This document shows, piece by piece, positions 46,993 to 56,369 of a stretch of DNA of 64,000 nucleotides (position 1 is the stretch's first letter; every line of letters starts with the position of its first letter). The notes below the pieces were generated by a model, which worked only from the letters and a program-made list of their open reading frames with translations, was not told the DNA's origin and searched no databases. The translations under genes were made by a program, and so were the position numbers. The stretch comes from an uncultured Candidatus Actinomarina sp. (lineage in GTDB: Bacteria > Actinomycetota > Acidimicrobiia > Actinomarinales > Actinomarinaceae), in NCBI GenBank assembly GCA_902634185.1, contig CACPJC010000003.1, forward strand, positions 64,001 through 128,000, read 5' to 3'.

Positions 46993-47987
46993 TATCCTCC
47001 TAGTAATTTTTTTAAATTTTCAATTGTATCAATATTTTCTGGATTAATAGTTAATTTGTTTGCTAAGTTTAAACTAACTAAATCACCTAGTAATACTAAC
47101 TCCAATAGGGTTTTTAGTGTACTTTCCTGATTTTTTAAATTAACTTCAAAAATATTTACCTTCTCTCCTATCAATTCTTTGGTAAATTCAAATCTTTTAC
47201 TTATTTGTGCATGTTCATTTTTATCCCGAATCAGAATAACAATATAATTTTTTTTACTTCCATCTATGTCTGCATCCCATGAGAGAATTTCATTGTGATG
47301 TACCTCTGGTAGATAACCAACAAAAGCTTTGGATTTTGAGTTCTCATTAATCTGAGTTTTCCAACGTGACGATACAACCTTTGACATATTGGTTCCTGAA
47401 TATAAAATTACAGTTTTCTTGTTGATACTTTCACATATATTTAAAGAAAATTTGTTGATATCAGACTCTTCAGCGTTTTCAGATAGTTTATCCAAATATG
47501 AACTTGCTTCATTCAATTGAGATACATAATCTGAACCTTCAACAATATCTAAAATTCTTGAAATAGCTAAAGTAAGATATCCAAATGCTGCCCTTGGTTG
47601 TAGTCCACTTGGTATCTTAATATACTCTTTACCTTCTTCTTGAGCGATATCTATTAACTTGCCGCCGCTTGAAATAACTATCCAATCTAAATTATTTTTT
47701 TTGGCATCAGATATACCTGATAACGTTTCTTCTGTGTTGCCAGAATATGAAATAAATAAACATAAAGGTCTAAATTTTAAAAACTGTTTTGGGATTGAAT
47801 AATCTTTGTGAATAATTATATTTTTGTCAGATATTTCATTAGAAAGTACTTTCATCACATCTCCTGCTACACCTGAACCACCCATTCCCATAATTAATAA
47901 ATTCTCATATGAAATTTTTTCTAGATTACTAGAAGACTCAAGATCAGATATTATTTGATTTTTTAGGTCGAATGCGATATTTAACAT
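46992..47987 (-). CDS. Bifunctional phosphoglucose/phosphomannose isomerase (SIS)
   Basis: GMGGSG, SYSGNTEET, QPRAA, RWKTQINENSK, PE.HHNEI. Confidence 0.92.
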   Translation of the reverse strand: MLNIAFDLKNQIISDLESSSNLEKISYENLLIMGMGGSGVAGDVMKVLSNEISDKNIIIHKDYSIPKQFLKFRPLCLFISYSGNTEETLSGISDAKKNNLDWIVISSGGKLIDIAQEEGKEYIKIPSGLQPRAAFGYLTLAISRILDIVEGSDYVSQLNEASSYLDKLSENAEESDINKFSLNICESINKKTVILYSGTNMSKVVSSRWKTQINENSKSKAFVGYLPEVHHNEILSWDADIDGSKKNYIVILIRDKNEHAQISKRFEFTKELIGEKVNIFEVNLKNQESTLKTLLELVLLGDLVSLNLANKLTINPENIDTIENLKKLLGG

Positions 47988-47990
47988 CTA

Positions 47991-49328
47991 TTAATCTATT
48001 ATATTTGAAATTTTTTCAATGATGCTGTCTAAAGTTTTTTGATTGATTGCTTCTGCATTTAATCTAAGCATGGGCTCGGTATTAGATCCCCTCACGTTAA
48101 ACCAAAAGTCATCAGAAAAATATGATATTCCATCTAATTTATCAAATTCACCCTCAAAAGAATTTTCAATTTTTTTTAAACTTGTCTCTACATCTTCGAC
48201 AATGTAATTTATTTCACCAGATGAAGGCTTAAAGTTGTAATTTTGTACAAGTTCTGAACTTTTAATTTTTTTCTCAGATAATATTTTTAAAAATATTAAT
48301 AATGTCAATATTCCAGAATCAGCATAAAAATTTTCTCTCAAATAAAAATGAGCGCTGTGTTCTCCACCAAAATCTGCGTCATTATCTCTCATAATTTTTT
48401 TTATGTATGAATGACCAACTTTAGATCTTATTGTCTTTATTCCTTTATTTTTTAAATATTCAATAACAGATGGTTGAACATTTACATTATGAACTATCTT
48501 TATTTCAGATTTCTTTTCAAATAACCAATCAGAGATTAAACAAGTCATCATACTTCCACTAATTACGTTTCCTTTGTCATCGACAAATACAGATCTATCA
48601 GCATCTCCATCGAAAGCAACTCCAAAATCAAAATTTTGTGATAATACTTTATTCTTTAAATCTAAGAGATTGTCTTGGTTTGAAGGATCTGCTGGATGAT
48701 TTGGGAAGTTGCCATCTACTTCCATATAAAGACCTTCAAAATTTAAACTAAACGATTCTGCTAGATCTTCAATAATTGCACCAAGAACACCATTTCCACC
48801 ATCAATAGCAAATTTCACTTTGTCACTTATTTCAGATGGATCAACTATATTTTTAAAATGTTCTAGATAAAGTTGATTCATAGTTTTCATTTCAGGCAAT
48901 TCTGACATATTTAAATCATCATTAAATTTTTCTGCTAAATTCTTGATTTCTTTTAATCCTGTTTCTTGACCGATCGCCACTGCTCCACTGTCGCAAAACT
49001 TTAAACCTGTGTACTCTTTTGGATTGTGAGATGCTGTAATAATCAAACCAGGTAAATTCTTAATACCAGAAAGCGTATAAACAACATCTGTTGGAACCAT
49101 ACCAACATACAATACTTTTTTATTGACTGATTGTATTCCAGAACTTATAGCTGCGAACATTTCATTATTTGAAATACGGCCGTCATGTCCGACAATAATT
49201 TCATTTGAATCTACATAAGAAGCAAAAGCTGCGCCTATTTTAAAACCAACTTTTGGTGTAATTGTTTCATTAAAAACACCTCTTACATCGTAAGCTTTAA
49301 AAATTAAATCTAGTTTATTTTCATCCAC
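47991..49328 (-). CDS. manB: Phosphomannomutase/phosphoglucomutase
   Basis: FKAYDVRG, TASHNP, FPNHPADP, FDGDADR, GGEHSAHFY, R.SNTEP.LRLN.E. Confidence 0.93.
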   Translation of the reverse strand: MDENKLDLIFKAYDVRGVFNETITPKVGFKIGAAFASYVDSNEIIVGHDGRISNNEMFAAISSGIQSVNKKVLYVGMVPTDVVYTLSGIKNLPGLIITASHNPKEYTGLKFCDSGAVAIGQETGLKEIKNLAEKFNDDLNMSELPEMKTMNQLYLEHFKNIVDPSEISDKVKFAIDGGNGVLGAIIEDLAESFSLNFEGLYMEVDGNFPNHPADPSNQDNLLDLKNKVLSQNFDFGVAFDGDADRSVFVDDKGNVISGSMMTCLISDWLFEKKSEIKIVHNVNVQPSVIEYLKNKGIKTIRSKVGHSYIKKIMRDNDADFGGEHSAHFYLRENFYADSGILTLLIFLKILSEKKIKSSELVQNYNFKPSSGEINYIVEDVETSLKKIENSFEGEFDKLDGISYFSDDFWFNVRGSNTEPMLRLNAEAINQKTLDSIIEKISNIID

Positions 49329-49343
49329 TCCATATGTATTGTA

Positions 49344-50084
49344 ATGTTTATGAAAATGAACAGCATGATTAATAATTTTTCAGTTGTAATACCAGTATTT
49401 AATGAAGAAGAGATCTTTTTAGAATCTGCTAATAAAATTTTCAAAATTTGCCAAGAGATGAATATGCCGTTTGAAATTATTTTTTCCGAAAACGGGTCTT
49501 TAGACAACACAAAAAATCTCATTCAGGCCTTTATAGAAGATAAAGAAAATTGTTTTACGATAAATAGCAATTATGCAAACTATGGTCTTGCGTTAAAAAA
49601 TGGATTTGAAATTGCAAAAAATGATATTGTAATATCATTTGATATTGATTATTTTTCAAAAAAATTTCTTAAGCAATCATTGGAACTAGATGAGAATTAC
49701 GTAGCACTAGTTGCATCGAAAAGATTAAATGAATCTAAAGATGAAAGAACATTTATCAGAAAAATAGCAACATCAATATTTGTATTAATTTTAAAACTTT
49801 TATTTCGAACCTCACTAAGTGATACTCATGGAATGAAAGCTATAAGAAGATATAATATTCAAAAAGAAATCAATAACGTTATTTCAACACAAGATATTTT
49901 TGATACTGAACTTTTAATTAGAATAGAAAAATCAGGTTACAAAATTCTTGAAGTGCCTGCAAAAGTAAATGAGATTAGACCAAGTGTGTCTGTTATTTTT
50001 ACAAGAATTCCTAGAACACTAAAAAGTTTATTTTTTTTACGGCTTCAATTATTTAAAGAGTCTTTAAATACAAACAATTTGTAA
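49344..50084 (+). CDS. GT2 glycosyltransferase (polyprenol-phosphate sugar synthase-like)
   Basis: VVIPVFNEE, ENGS.D.T, DID, SDTHGMKA, FDTELL. Confidence 0.85.
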   Translation: MFMKMNSMINNFSVVIPVFNEEEIFLESANKIFKICQEMNMPFEIIFSENGSLDNTKNLIQAFIEDKENCFTINSNYANYGLALKNGFEIAKNDIVISFDIDYFSKKFLKQSLELDENYVALVASKRLNESKDERTFIRKIATSIFVLILKLLFRTSLSDTHGMKAIRRYNIQKEINNVISTQDIFDTELLIRIEKSGYKILEVPAKVNEIRPSVSVIFTRIPRTLKSLFFLRLQLFKESLNTNNL

Positions 50085-50515
50085 ATTAAATATTTGATGG
50101 GAAGAATAAATCCATGTATCAAAACAGTTGCTATAAGAAATTGTATTTCGTTATCTTGAATTGATGGTCTGATCAAGTCTATTAAAAACCATATAAACAA
50201 TGGAACAACTAAGTTGATTAAATTAGTAATCAAAAATTTAACAAATTCTTTTAATCCCCCCTCATATATAGATAATTTAAAAATAATTCGTCTAGACAAA
50301 AAATATGAAACTATAACTCCAATTGAAAAAGCAAAAATATTTGTTAAATAAGTTCTTAAAGGAATCTCAATTGAATAAAAAACAAAAAATTGAAATAAAT
50401 AGCTTATTCCAAGACCAAATACTAAATTGAATCCACCAACAATATACGTTCTTAATAGTTGCGCATAGGTGGAATCACCTCTTAATAAATTTGAATTTTT
50501 AAGTTTTTTTAACAT
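50045..50515 (-). CDS. GtrA family flippase-like membrane protein
   Basis: QLLRTYIVGGFN, SYFLSRR.IFK, four TM segments, K.FVFK C terminus. Confidence 0.78.
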   Translation of the reverse strand: MLKKLKNSNLLRGDSTYAQLLRTYIVGGFNLVFGLGISYLFQFFVFYSIEIPLRTYLTNIFAFSIGVIVSYFLSRRIIFKLSIYEGGLKEFVKFLITNLINLVVPLFIWFLIDLIRPSIQDNEIQFLIATVLIHGFILPIKYLIYKLFVFKDSLNN

Positions 50516-52697
50516 TTTTTAAAGATCTAATAAAAATAATCAATGATAAGACTAATGAAAATATTGAAAAATAGAAGCTGTTTTTTTCTAGTGTGGTGTT
50601 TTCAAAGTTGATCTCTACATATTCTTGATTGGGTATAACTGACATAAATGATGGAGAGGTCCTAAATGGCCCAAGCCCGTTTGAGATAGACCAATTTGGA
50701 AAGTAAGAAACTTTAATTAAATGTAATTCACCAGGATTGTTTGTAAAAAATGAAATTTTCTTATTTGTAATTTTTATGTCTGTGACTTCTAAATCATTCT
50801 TATTCGATGGCTGTATCAATATTTCATTACTTACTTCAACAACTCTCTTTTCATCAAGTTCATCAAAATTTTCATATGCTTTTTGAAAAAAATTAGTTAT
50901 ATTAGTGTCCCTAAAAACTGAACTAAGAATGCCTTCTTGTTTGTTTACTTTTGAAAACAATTCAATATCTTGATAAATTAATTCTACTTTTGAGGAGTTG
51001 ACTTCAAATACTGAAAACGGCTCTGACGAAAAAAGAAATGTCAGTCCATCAGAATTCATTGCTTTACTTTCAATTTCTTCCGTATACGTAATGAAATAAT
51101 CTACTCCTAGGTCATAAAGATAATCTACACCTTTATCAAATTGATTATTTATATATGACAGTCCACCTACTGGATTTGATGGTCTTTTTGCCAAACCGGA
51201 TACAGATATAAAATGAAATGGGGTTGTAATACTTGAATCAAAATATAGACCTTCCATGCTTGTATGTTTTGTAAAATAAGGAATTGTCATTAGAGTCATC
51301 GGTGTTCCATATTTATTCATATCTGAATTTGGTTCCCACATAATCCTTCCAGGTTTTAAATTGTCTAATTGAGTGTATAAGTTTTGAATTTGATTCCAGT
51401 CGTTCTTTCCTTCGTAACCTGTAAAATTCCAATTAAGCCAATGTGGCAAGAAAGATATAGTAGAAAAAATAATTGAAACAATTAGCAAATTAAGTTGTAC
51501 AACAATATTTTTTAAATTTAGGATTGCAAAAATCATTATCAGAAAAATGATTGGTATGTAAAGATTTAAATATGATTGGTTAGTAGACCATTTTTCATAA
51601 AATATATACAAACAATAAATTGTTCCACCTAAAAATAGACCCGTTAATACATTGACTCCCTGTTGATAAAGATTCATATCATCAATAAAAATTTCTACCG
51701 CTTTGAAAAATAGAAAAATAATTCCAAGATTGAAAAATGGTACCAATCTACCATTCCAAAGAGCACCTTCTGGGACATAAAAATAAAGGAGAACAGATGA
51801 GGAGATAATATAAAGATCAAATAAGTTTATTGTCTTGTTTTTAATCAAATTTTTATGCTTTGCTATCAATAAACCAATCAAGATAAAGATGATGGGTAAA
51901 ATATCTTTCTTGATCAAATCATCTAATCTAGAAAATGGAGTGTAAGTCATATTTGTTGTATATTCTAAATTCATCAACAATGAGACGGACCATCTTGATG
52001 CAAGTGCTAAGAAAATAAAGATTGAGAGTATTCTTTGATTTAGATTTTGTTTTTTTGATAACCAATAAAATGCATAAATTGGAGAATAGATAATAAATGG
52101 AATTAAATGAGACAACAAACAGAGAGCAAGAAAGATTGAACTGATTGTGAATCTAAAATTATTTTTTGATTTTATTAAATAAAAAATTGATAGATTTGCA
52201 AATGCTAATGAATACGCAAAAGAAAACTGCCCTGCCAATGTTGATGCTAAATTACCACCATAAATAGTAAACGACTCAGTAAAAACGTAAAATAATCCAG
52301 CCGTAGCACCATAGATTGAAATTTGATTCGATGTTTTTCTCATTAATTTTTCGATAGAGTAAACAACTAAAATGGTGGACATCACAACCATAATTTTGAA
52401 AGCAATTCCAAAAGGGAATACAAGATTAAAGATGAATGTGATTATTGCTGGAATAGGAAAATAAAAATAGTACAGAGGATATCCACCAAACCAATCATTT
52501 GACCATCCGTTTATTTGAAAATTTGGCATAAAATCTTTTATAAAAGTATCAATTGCAACAATATGAGCTCCCATATCTCCACCAGTAGGTGTATTGTTTT
52601 CAAAAACTAAATCAACTCTTAGAAATAAGACTAAAACTAGTAAATAAAATAATTGTTGTGATATATTTGAATTTAAATTTTTACTAACTGATTTCAT
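50499..52697 (-). CDS. Large polytopic membrane protein ('6-pyruvoyl-tetrahydropterin synthase-related'; likely GT-C glycosyltransferase)
   Basis: TGGDMGAH, GWSNDWFGGYP.YYFYFP, GGNLASTLAGQFS, many TM segments, C-terminal KVSYFPNW. Confidence 0.75.
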   Translation of the reverse strand: MKSVSKNLNSNISQQLFYLLVLVLFLRVDLVFENNTPTGGDMGAHIVAIDTFIKDFMPNFQINGWSNDWFGGYPLYYFYFPIPAIITFIFNLVFPFGIAFKIMVVMSTILVVYSIEKLMRKTSNQISIYGATAGLFYVFTESFTIYGGNLASTLAGQFSFAYSLAFANLSIFYLIKSKNNFRFTISSIFLALCLLSHLIPFIIYSPIYAFYWLSKKQNLNQRILSIFIFLALASRWSVSLLMNLEYTTNMTYTPFSRLDDLIKKDILPIIFILIGLLIAKHKNLIKNKTINLFDLYIISSSVLLYFYVPEGALWNGRLVPFFNLGIIFLFFKAVEIFIDDMNLYQQGVNVLTGLFLGGTIYCLYIFYEKWSTNQSYLNLYIPIIFLIMIFAILNLKNIVVQLNLLIVSIIFSTISFLPHWLNWNFTGYEGKNDWNQIQNLYTQLDNLKPGRIMWEPNSDMNKYGTPMTLMTIPYFTKHTSMEGLYFDSSITTPFHFISVSGLAKRPSNPVGGLSYINNQFDKGVDYLYDLGVDYFITYTEEIESKAMNSDGLTFLFSSEPFSVFEVNSSKVELIYQDIELFSKVNKQEGILSSVFRDTNITNFFQKAYENFDELDEKRVVEVSNEILIQPSNKNDLEVTDIKITNKKISFFTNNPGELHLIKVSYFPNWSISNGLGPFRTSPSFMSVIPNQEYVEINFENTTLEKNSFYFSIFSLVLSLIIFIRSLKNVKKT

Positions 52698-52938
52698 TTA
52701 AAATCTTTCCAAGATATTTAGTACTTCTTTTACCATTTTCTGACCACTCAGCATACCAATACGGTCCATGAGGACAACTATTACAAGATTCTCTTCCACA
52801 TTTTATTAATTTTTGCCTATAGGATATGTTTTGTTCATTACCTGTGGGCCCAAGCTTGTTATCAATTAGGATACGTAATCTTTTTAAATCTGATTCTCCT
52901 AATTCAGATATTGCTTCTAGAATTTCTCTATCTACCAT
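52684..52938 (-). CDS. Small Cys/His protein, DUF6788-like
   Basis: KCGRESCNSCPHGPYWY...GK..TKYLGK. Confidence 0.7.
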   Translation of the reverse strand: MVDREILEAISELGESDLKRLRILIDNKLGPTGNEQNISYRQKLIKCGRESCNSCPHGPYWYAEWSENGKRSTKYLGKILNEIS

Positions 52939-52978
52939 TATTAAAATGTTAATGGAATATTGGTAAGAGTAATAAAGT

Positions 52979-53875
52979 ATGAAAAAAATTGTTTATTTAT
53001 CAGGTGGAATTGGTGGAGCAAAACTTGCAAAAGGTTTTTACAATCTCAAAGAAATCGACCTAACAATTATTATTAATACCGGTGATGATGAAACTATACA
53101 GGGAGTTAGGTTATCTCCAGATATAGATTCTGTAATTTATGCATTAGCTGGAATTGAGGGTGATCTTGGATGGGGCCAAAAAAATGATAGTTTTGTTGTA
53201 AGTGAAGAATTTAAAAAATATTTTCCTCAAGAATTCAGTATTGGCGATAAAGATCTTGCTTTAAACCTTTTTAGAAATCAGTTATTTTCAGAGGGCAAGT
53301 CACTTACTCAGATAACGAAGATAATTTCTGATAAATTTAGATTAAATTGCAAAATACTTCCAATGACAGATAATTTAGTTAGTACAAAATTGAAAACCAC
53401 TGAAAATAAATTATTAGACTTTCAAGAATATTTTGTTGAATTAAAATCGGAACCTGATTTGAGTGATGTTATCTATTTAAATTCTGAGGATGCAGATATA
53501 ACTAATGAAGTTTCTAGAGCAATTGAAAAAGCTGACAAAATAGTGATTGGACCTTCAAATCCAATCCTTTCTATTGGACCAATTCTCTCGATAAAAAATT
53601 TAAAGGAAAAATTAATTAACCATGATACAACATACATTGTTTCACCATTCATACAAGATAAAGCAATTAAGGGTCCTTCCAAAAAAAATTTTGAAGATCT
53701 TGGTTATACGAGTGACATAAGTGGAATTAAAAAGTTTTATGATTATGTTGGAAATTTCTATATAGTGCATGATGGTGATTCCGATGGAGCTGAAAATACA
53801 ATCGAAACAAATATATTATTTAAATCTATAGAAGACACCACCAACTTAGCTAAATTCATTATTGAACATGAATAA
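52979..53875 (+). CDS. cofD: 2-phospho-L-lactate/PEP transferase (F420 biosynthesis, FbiA)
   Basis: LSGGIGGAK, NTGDD, SPDID, IGDKD, FQEYFV, IGPSNP.LSIGPIL. Confidence 0.93.
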   Translation: MKKIVYLSGGIGGAKLAKGFYNLKEIDLTIIINTGDDETIQGVRLSPDIDSVIYALAGIEGDLGWGQKNDSFVVSEEFKKYFPQEFSIGDKDLALNLFRNQLFSEGKSLTQITKIISDKFRLNCKILPMTDNLVSTKLKTTENKLLDFQEYFVELKSEPDLSDVIYLNSEDADITNEVSRAIEKADKIVIGPSNPILSIGPILSIKNLKEKLINHDTTYIVSPFIQDKAIKGPSKKNFEDLGYTSDISGIKKFYDYVGNFYIVHDGDSDGAENTIETNILFKSIEDTTNLAKFIIEHE

Positions 53876-54566
53876 TATAACTATCATTCCTATTAAAAAA
53901 CTACCTGAATTTTCACCAAAGCATGATTTAGTTGATGAATTAATAAAAGGATTTGAAAACAACAATATTGCTCTGCAAGACAATGATGTAATAGTTGTCA
54001 CTCAAAAGATCGTCTCTAAAGTTGAGAATAGATTGATAGAAAACAATTTTGAAAATATTGAAGAATTAATTGAAAAAGAATCTTTAGAAATTTTAAGAAA
54101 AAGAGGCGATACGATAATTGCAAGAACAAAACATGGTTTTATTTGTGCAAATGCAGGAATAGATAAATCAAACATAAAAAAAGGTTCTTTTTTACTATTG
54201 CCTGAAGATCCAGATAAAACATCTAGGGATATACAAAAAAAAATTGAATACAACACGAATAAAAAAGTCAGCGTGATCATATCTGATACTTTTGGAAGAG
54301 CATGGAGAAAAGGTCAAACTAATGTTGCTATTGGTTCATCTGGAATTGAACCTTTGGAAAGCTATATCGGTGAAAAAGATGCTTTCGATAATGAACTTTT
54401 TGCCACTGAAATTGCAATTATTGACGAACTAGCTGGTGCTGCAGAATTAGTTATGAAAAAAAGTGACAATATTCCTGTAGCAATCATAAGAGGTGTTGAT
54501 TATAAATCCTCTGATTTGGGAGTTGGAGAATTAATAAGAAAAGAAGACGAAGATTTCTTTCTTTAA
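53868..54566 (+). CDS. cofE: Coenzyme F420-0:L-glutamate ligase (CofE domain only)
   Basis: VVTQKIVSK.E, G.ICANAGIDKSN, LLPEDPD, ISDTFGRAWR.GQ, DELAGAAELVM.K. Confidence 0.94.
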   Translation: MNNITIIPIKKLPEFSPKHDLVDELIKGFENNNIALQDNDVIVVTQKIVSKVENRLIENNFENIEELIEKESLEILRKRGDTIIARTKHGFICANAGIDKSNIKKGSFLLLPEDPDKTSRDIQKKIEYNTNKKVSVIISDTFGRAWRKGQTNVAIGSSGIEPLESYIGEKDAFDNELFATEIAIIDELAGAAELVMKKSDNIPVAIIRGVDYKSSDLGVGELIRKEDEDFFL

Positions 54567-54573
54567 AAATTTT

Positions 54574-55509
54574 TTATGAATTCTTAAACCAATCTACTAA
54601 TTCTTCAATACCTTTTTTTAAATCATACTCTGGTTCCCAATCCAAACTTTTCTTCGCTTTGTTATTATTTAAAACACTCCTCAGCAATTCTCCGTCTCTC
54701 TGTGGTTTGTAATCAGGTTCTCCTTCCCATGAAGTTTTTGTTGCGATTAGTGACACCAACTCATTTACAGATGTTTCAACACCTGTACCTATATTTAAAA
54801 ATAAATCATTATCATTTTCAGATGATTTAATTAATGCACTCACAACATCCGCAACATATACATAATCTCTTGTTTGGTTTCCATCACCATAAATTATTGG
54901 TTTTTCTTTATTTAGCATTTTTCCAGTAAATATTGACATTACTCCTGCTTCTCCGTGAGGGTCTTGACGTGGACCATAAACATTTGATAAATTCAAAATT
55001 GAGTATGACATTTTTTCATTTTCTAACATCAATTTTATAAAGTCATTAAGCTTTTTTTTTGCTACACCATAAGGAGAAACTGGCTCACCTGCAAAGTCTT
55101 CTTCAGAAGTTGGAATGATATTAGGTTCACCAAATATTGTTCCTCCAGAAGAGCTAAAAACAAACTTCTTACAATCTGTACTTATTAATGTCTGTATTAA
55201 TTTGATAGGCTGTAAAAGATTATGTTCAAAATCTAGCAATGGATCTTCTACAGAAATTACAACTGAAGATTGTGCTGCTAAATGAAAACAAATTTCTGGA
55301 TTAAATTTTTCAATTTCTTTTATTGACTCATTAGATCCAAGGTCATCATAAATTACGTCTACGTTTTCTAATCTGTCTAAATTTGTTTTTTTTCCTGTCA
55401 ATAAATTATCGATAACTAAAACTCTTACATTGTTTTTGAGTAATTCCTCTACTAAATGTGAACCAATAAATCCAGCTCCACCTGTTACTAATGCATTTTT
55501 ATATTTCAT
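54574..55509 (-). CDS. NAD-dependent epimerase/dehydratase (UDP-glucose 4-epimerase-like)
   Basis: TGGAGFIGSH, HLAAQ, SSGG, PYGVAK, NVYGPRQDPHGEAGV, GDG.QTRDYVYV.D. Confidence 0.93.
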   Translation of the reverse strand: MKYKNALVTGGAGFIGSHLVEELLKNNVRVLVIDNLLTGKKTNLDRLENVDVIYDDLGSNESIKEIEKFNPEICFHLAAQSSVVISVEDPLLDFEHNLLQPIKLIQTLISTDCKKFVFSSSGGTIFGEPNIIPTSEEDFAGEPVSPYGVAKKKLNDFIKLMLENEKMSYSILNLSNVYGPRQDPHGEAGVMSIFTGKMLNKEKPIIYGDGNQTRDYVYVADVVSALIKSSENDNDLFLNIGTGVETSVNELVSLIATKTSWEGEPDYKPQRDGELLRSVLNNNKAKKSLDWEPEYDLKKGIEELVDWFKNS

Positions 55510-56369
55510 GATTTAAAAATTTCGTCATTTATGACTGCCTCATCTTCAATTATCGCTTCACTGCAGATTATTGAATTATTAACTTGAGCATTGTTTCCAA
55601 TGGAACTTGAACCTAATATAACGCTATTTTCTATAACCGTGTCTTTTCCGATGGTCACTGATTCAGAAATCCAATTAGTTTGATTTTCTGTATGAGCATA
55701 TATATACGACTCTCTTGTTCCTACATCTAACATATTTCCATCTACACTAAAACAATCCAATAAATTGTTTTTCGCTAATTCAGGAAATACATTTTTCTCA
55801 AAAGAACAGGGTACTTCTAAATTGTTTTTGATTTCTTTGATATCTTTTTTGTGAAAACAATAGACACCTAGGCTTATATTGTTTCCATATTTCATATCTT
55901 TTGGCTTCTCAATAAAGTTTATTATTTTTGTATCTTTCAACTCAAGCACTCCATATCTTGACGGATCTTCAACGGGTATTGAACAGATAGTTGAATTTTT
56001 TGAACTATTTGCAACTTCTAGAAACGATTCAAAATTCATATCAATGAGTAAGTCTCCATTCATGCACAAAAATTTATCATCAAAATTTTCTATATTTTCA
56101 ACTACATATCCTCCAGTATCTAATTTTTCATGTTCAAAATGTAAGTTCACCTTATATTTGGAATTCTTTTTGTAGTCTGTCCAATAGCTTTCATGCTTTA
56201 TTGAACAAATTAAATTTATGTTATCTAAATTTGATTCTTCCAAATTCTCAAGAATTAAATCAATTAACAGTCTTCCCTTTATCGTAAGTAATGCTTTAGG
56301 TATGCCTTCTGATAGAGGCCTAAGTCTAGTGGCTTCTCCTCCAACTAAGAGATATATGTCTTTAATCAT
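55506..56369 (-). CDS. NDP-sugar synthase (mannose-1-phosphate guanylyltransferase-like)
   Basis: LVGGEATRLRPL...PK, LDTGG, NGD, DPSRYGV, F.EKP, SFEK.VFP, DVGT; short left-handed beta-helix tail. Confidence 0.85.
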   Translation of the reverse strand: MIKDIYLLVGGEATRLRPLSEGIPKALLTIKGRLLIDLILENLEESNLDNINLICSIKHESYWTDYKKNSKYKVNLHFEHEKLDTGGYVVENIENFDDKFLCMNGDLLIDMNFESFLEVANSSKNSTICSIPVEDPSRYGVLELKDTKIINFIEKPKDMKYGNNISLGVYCFHKKDIKEIKNNLEVPCSFEKNVFPELAKNNLLDCFSVDGNMLDVGTRESYIYAHTENQTNWISESVTIGKDTVIENSVILGSSSIGNNAQVNNSIICSEAIIEDEAVINDEIFKS

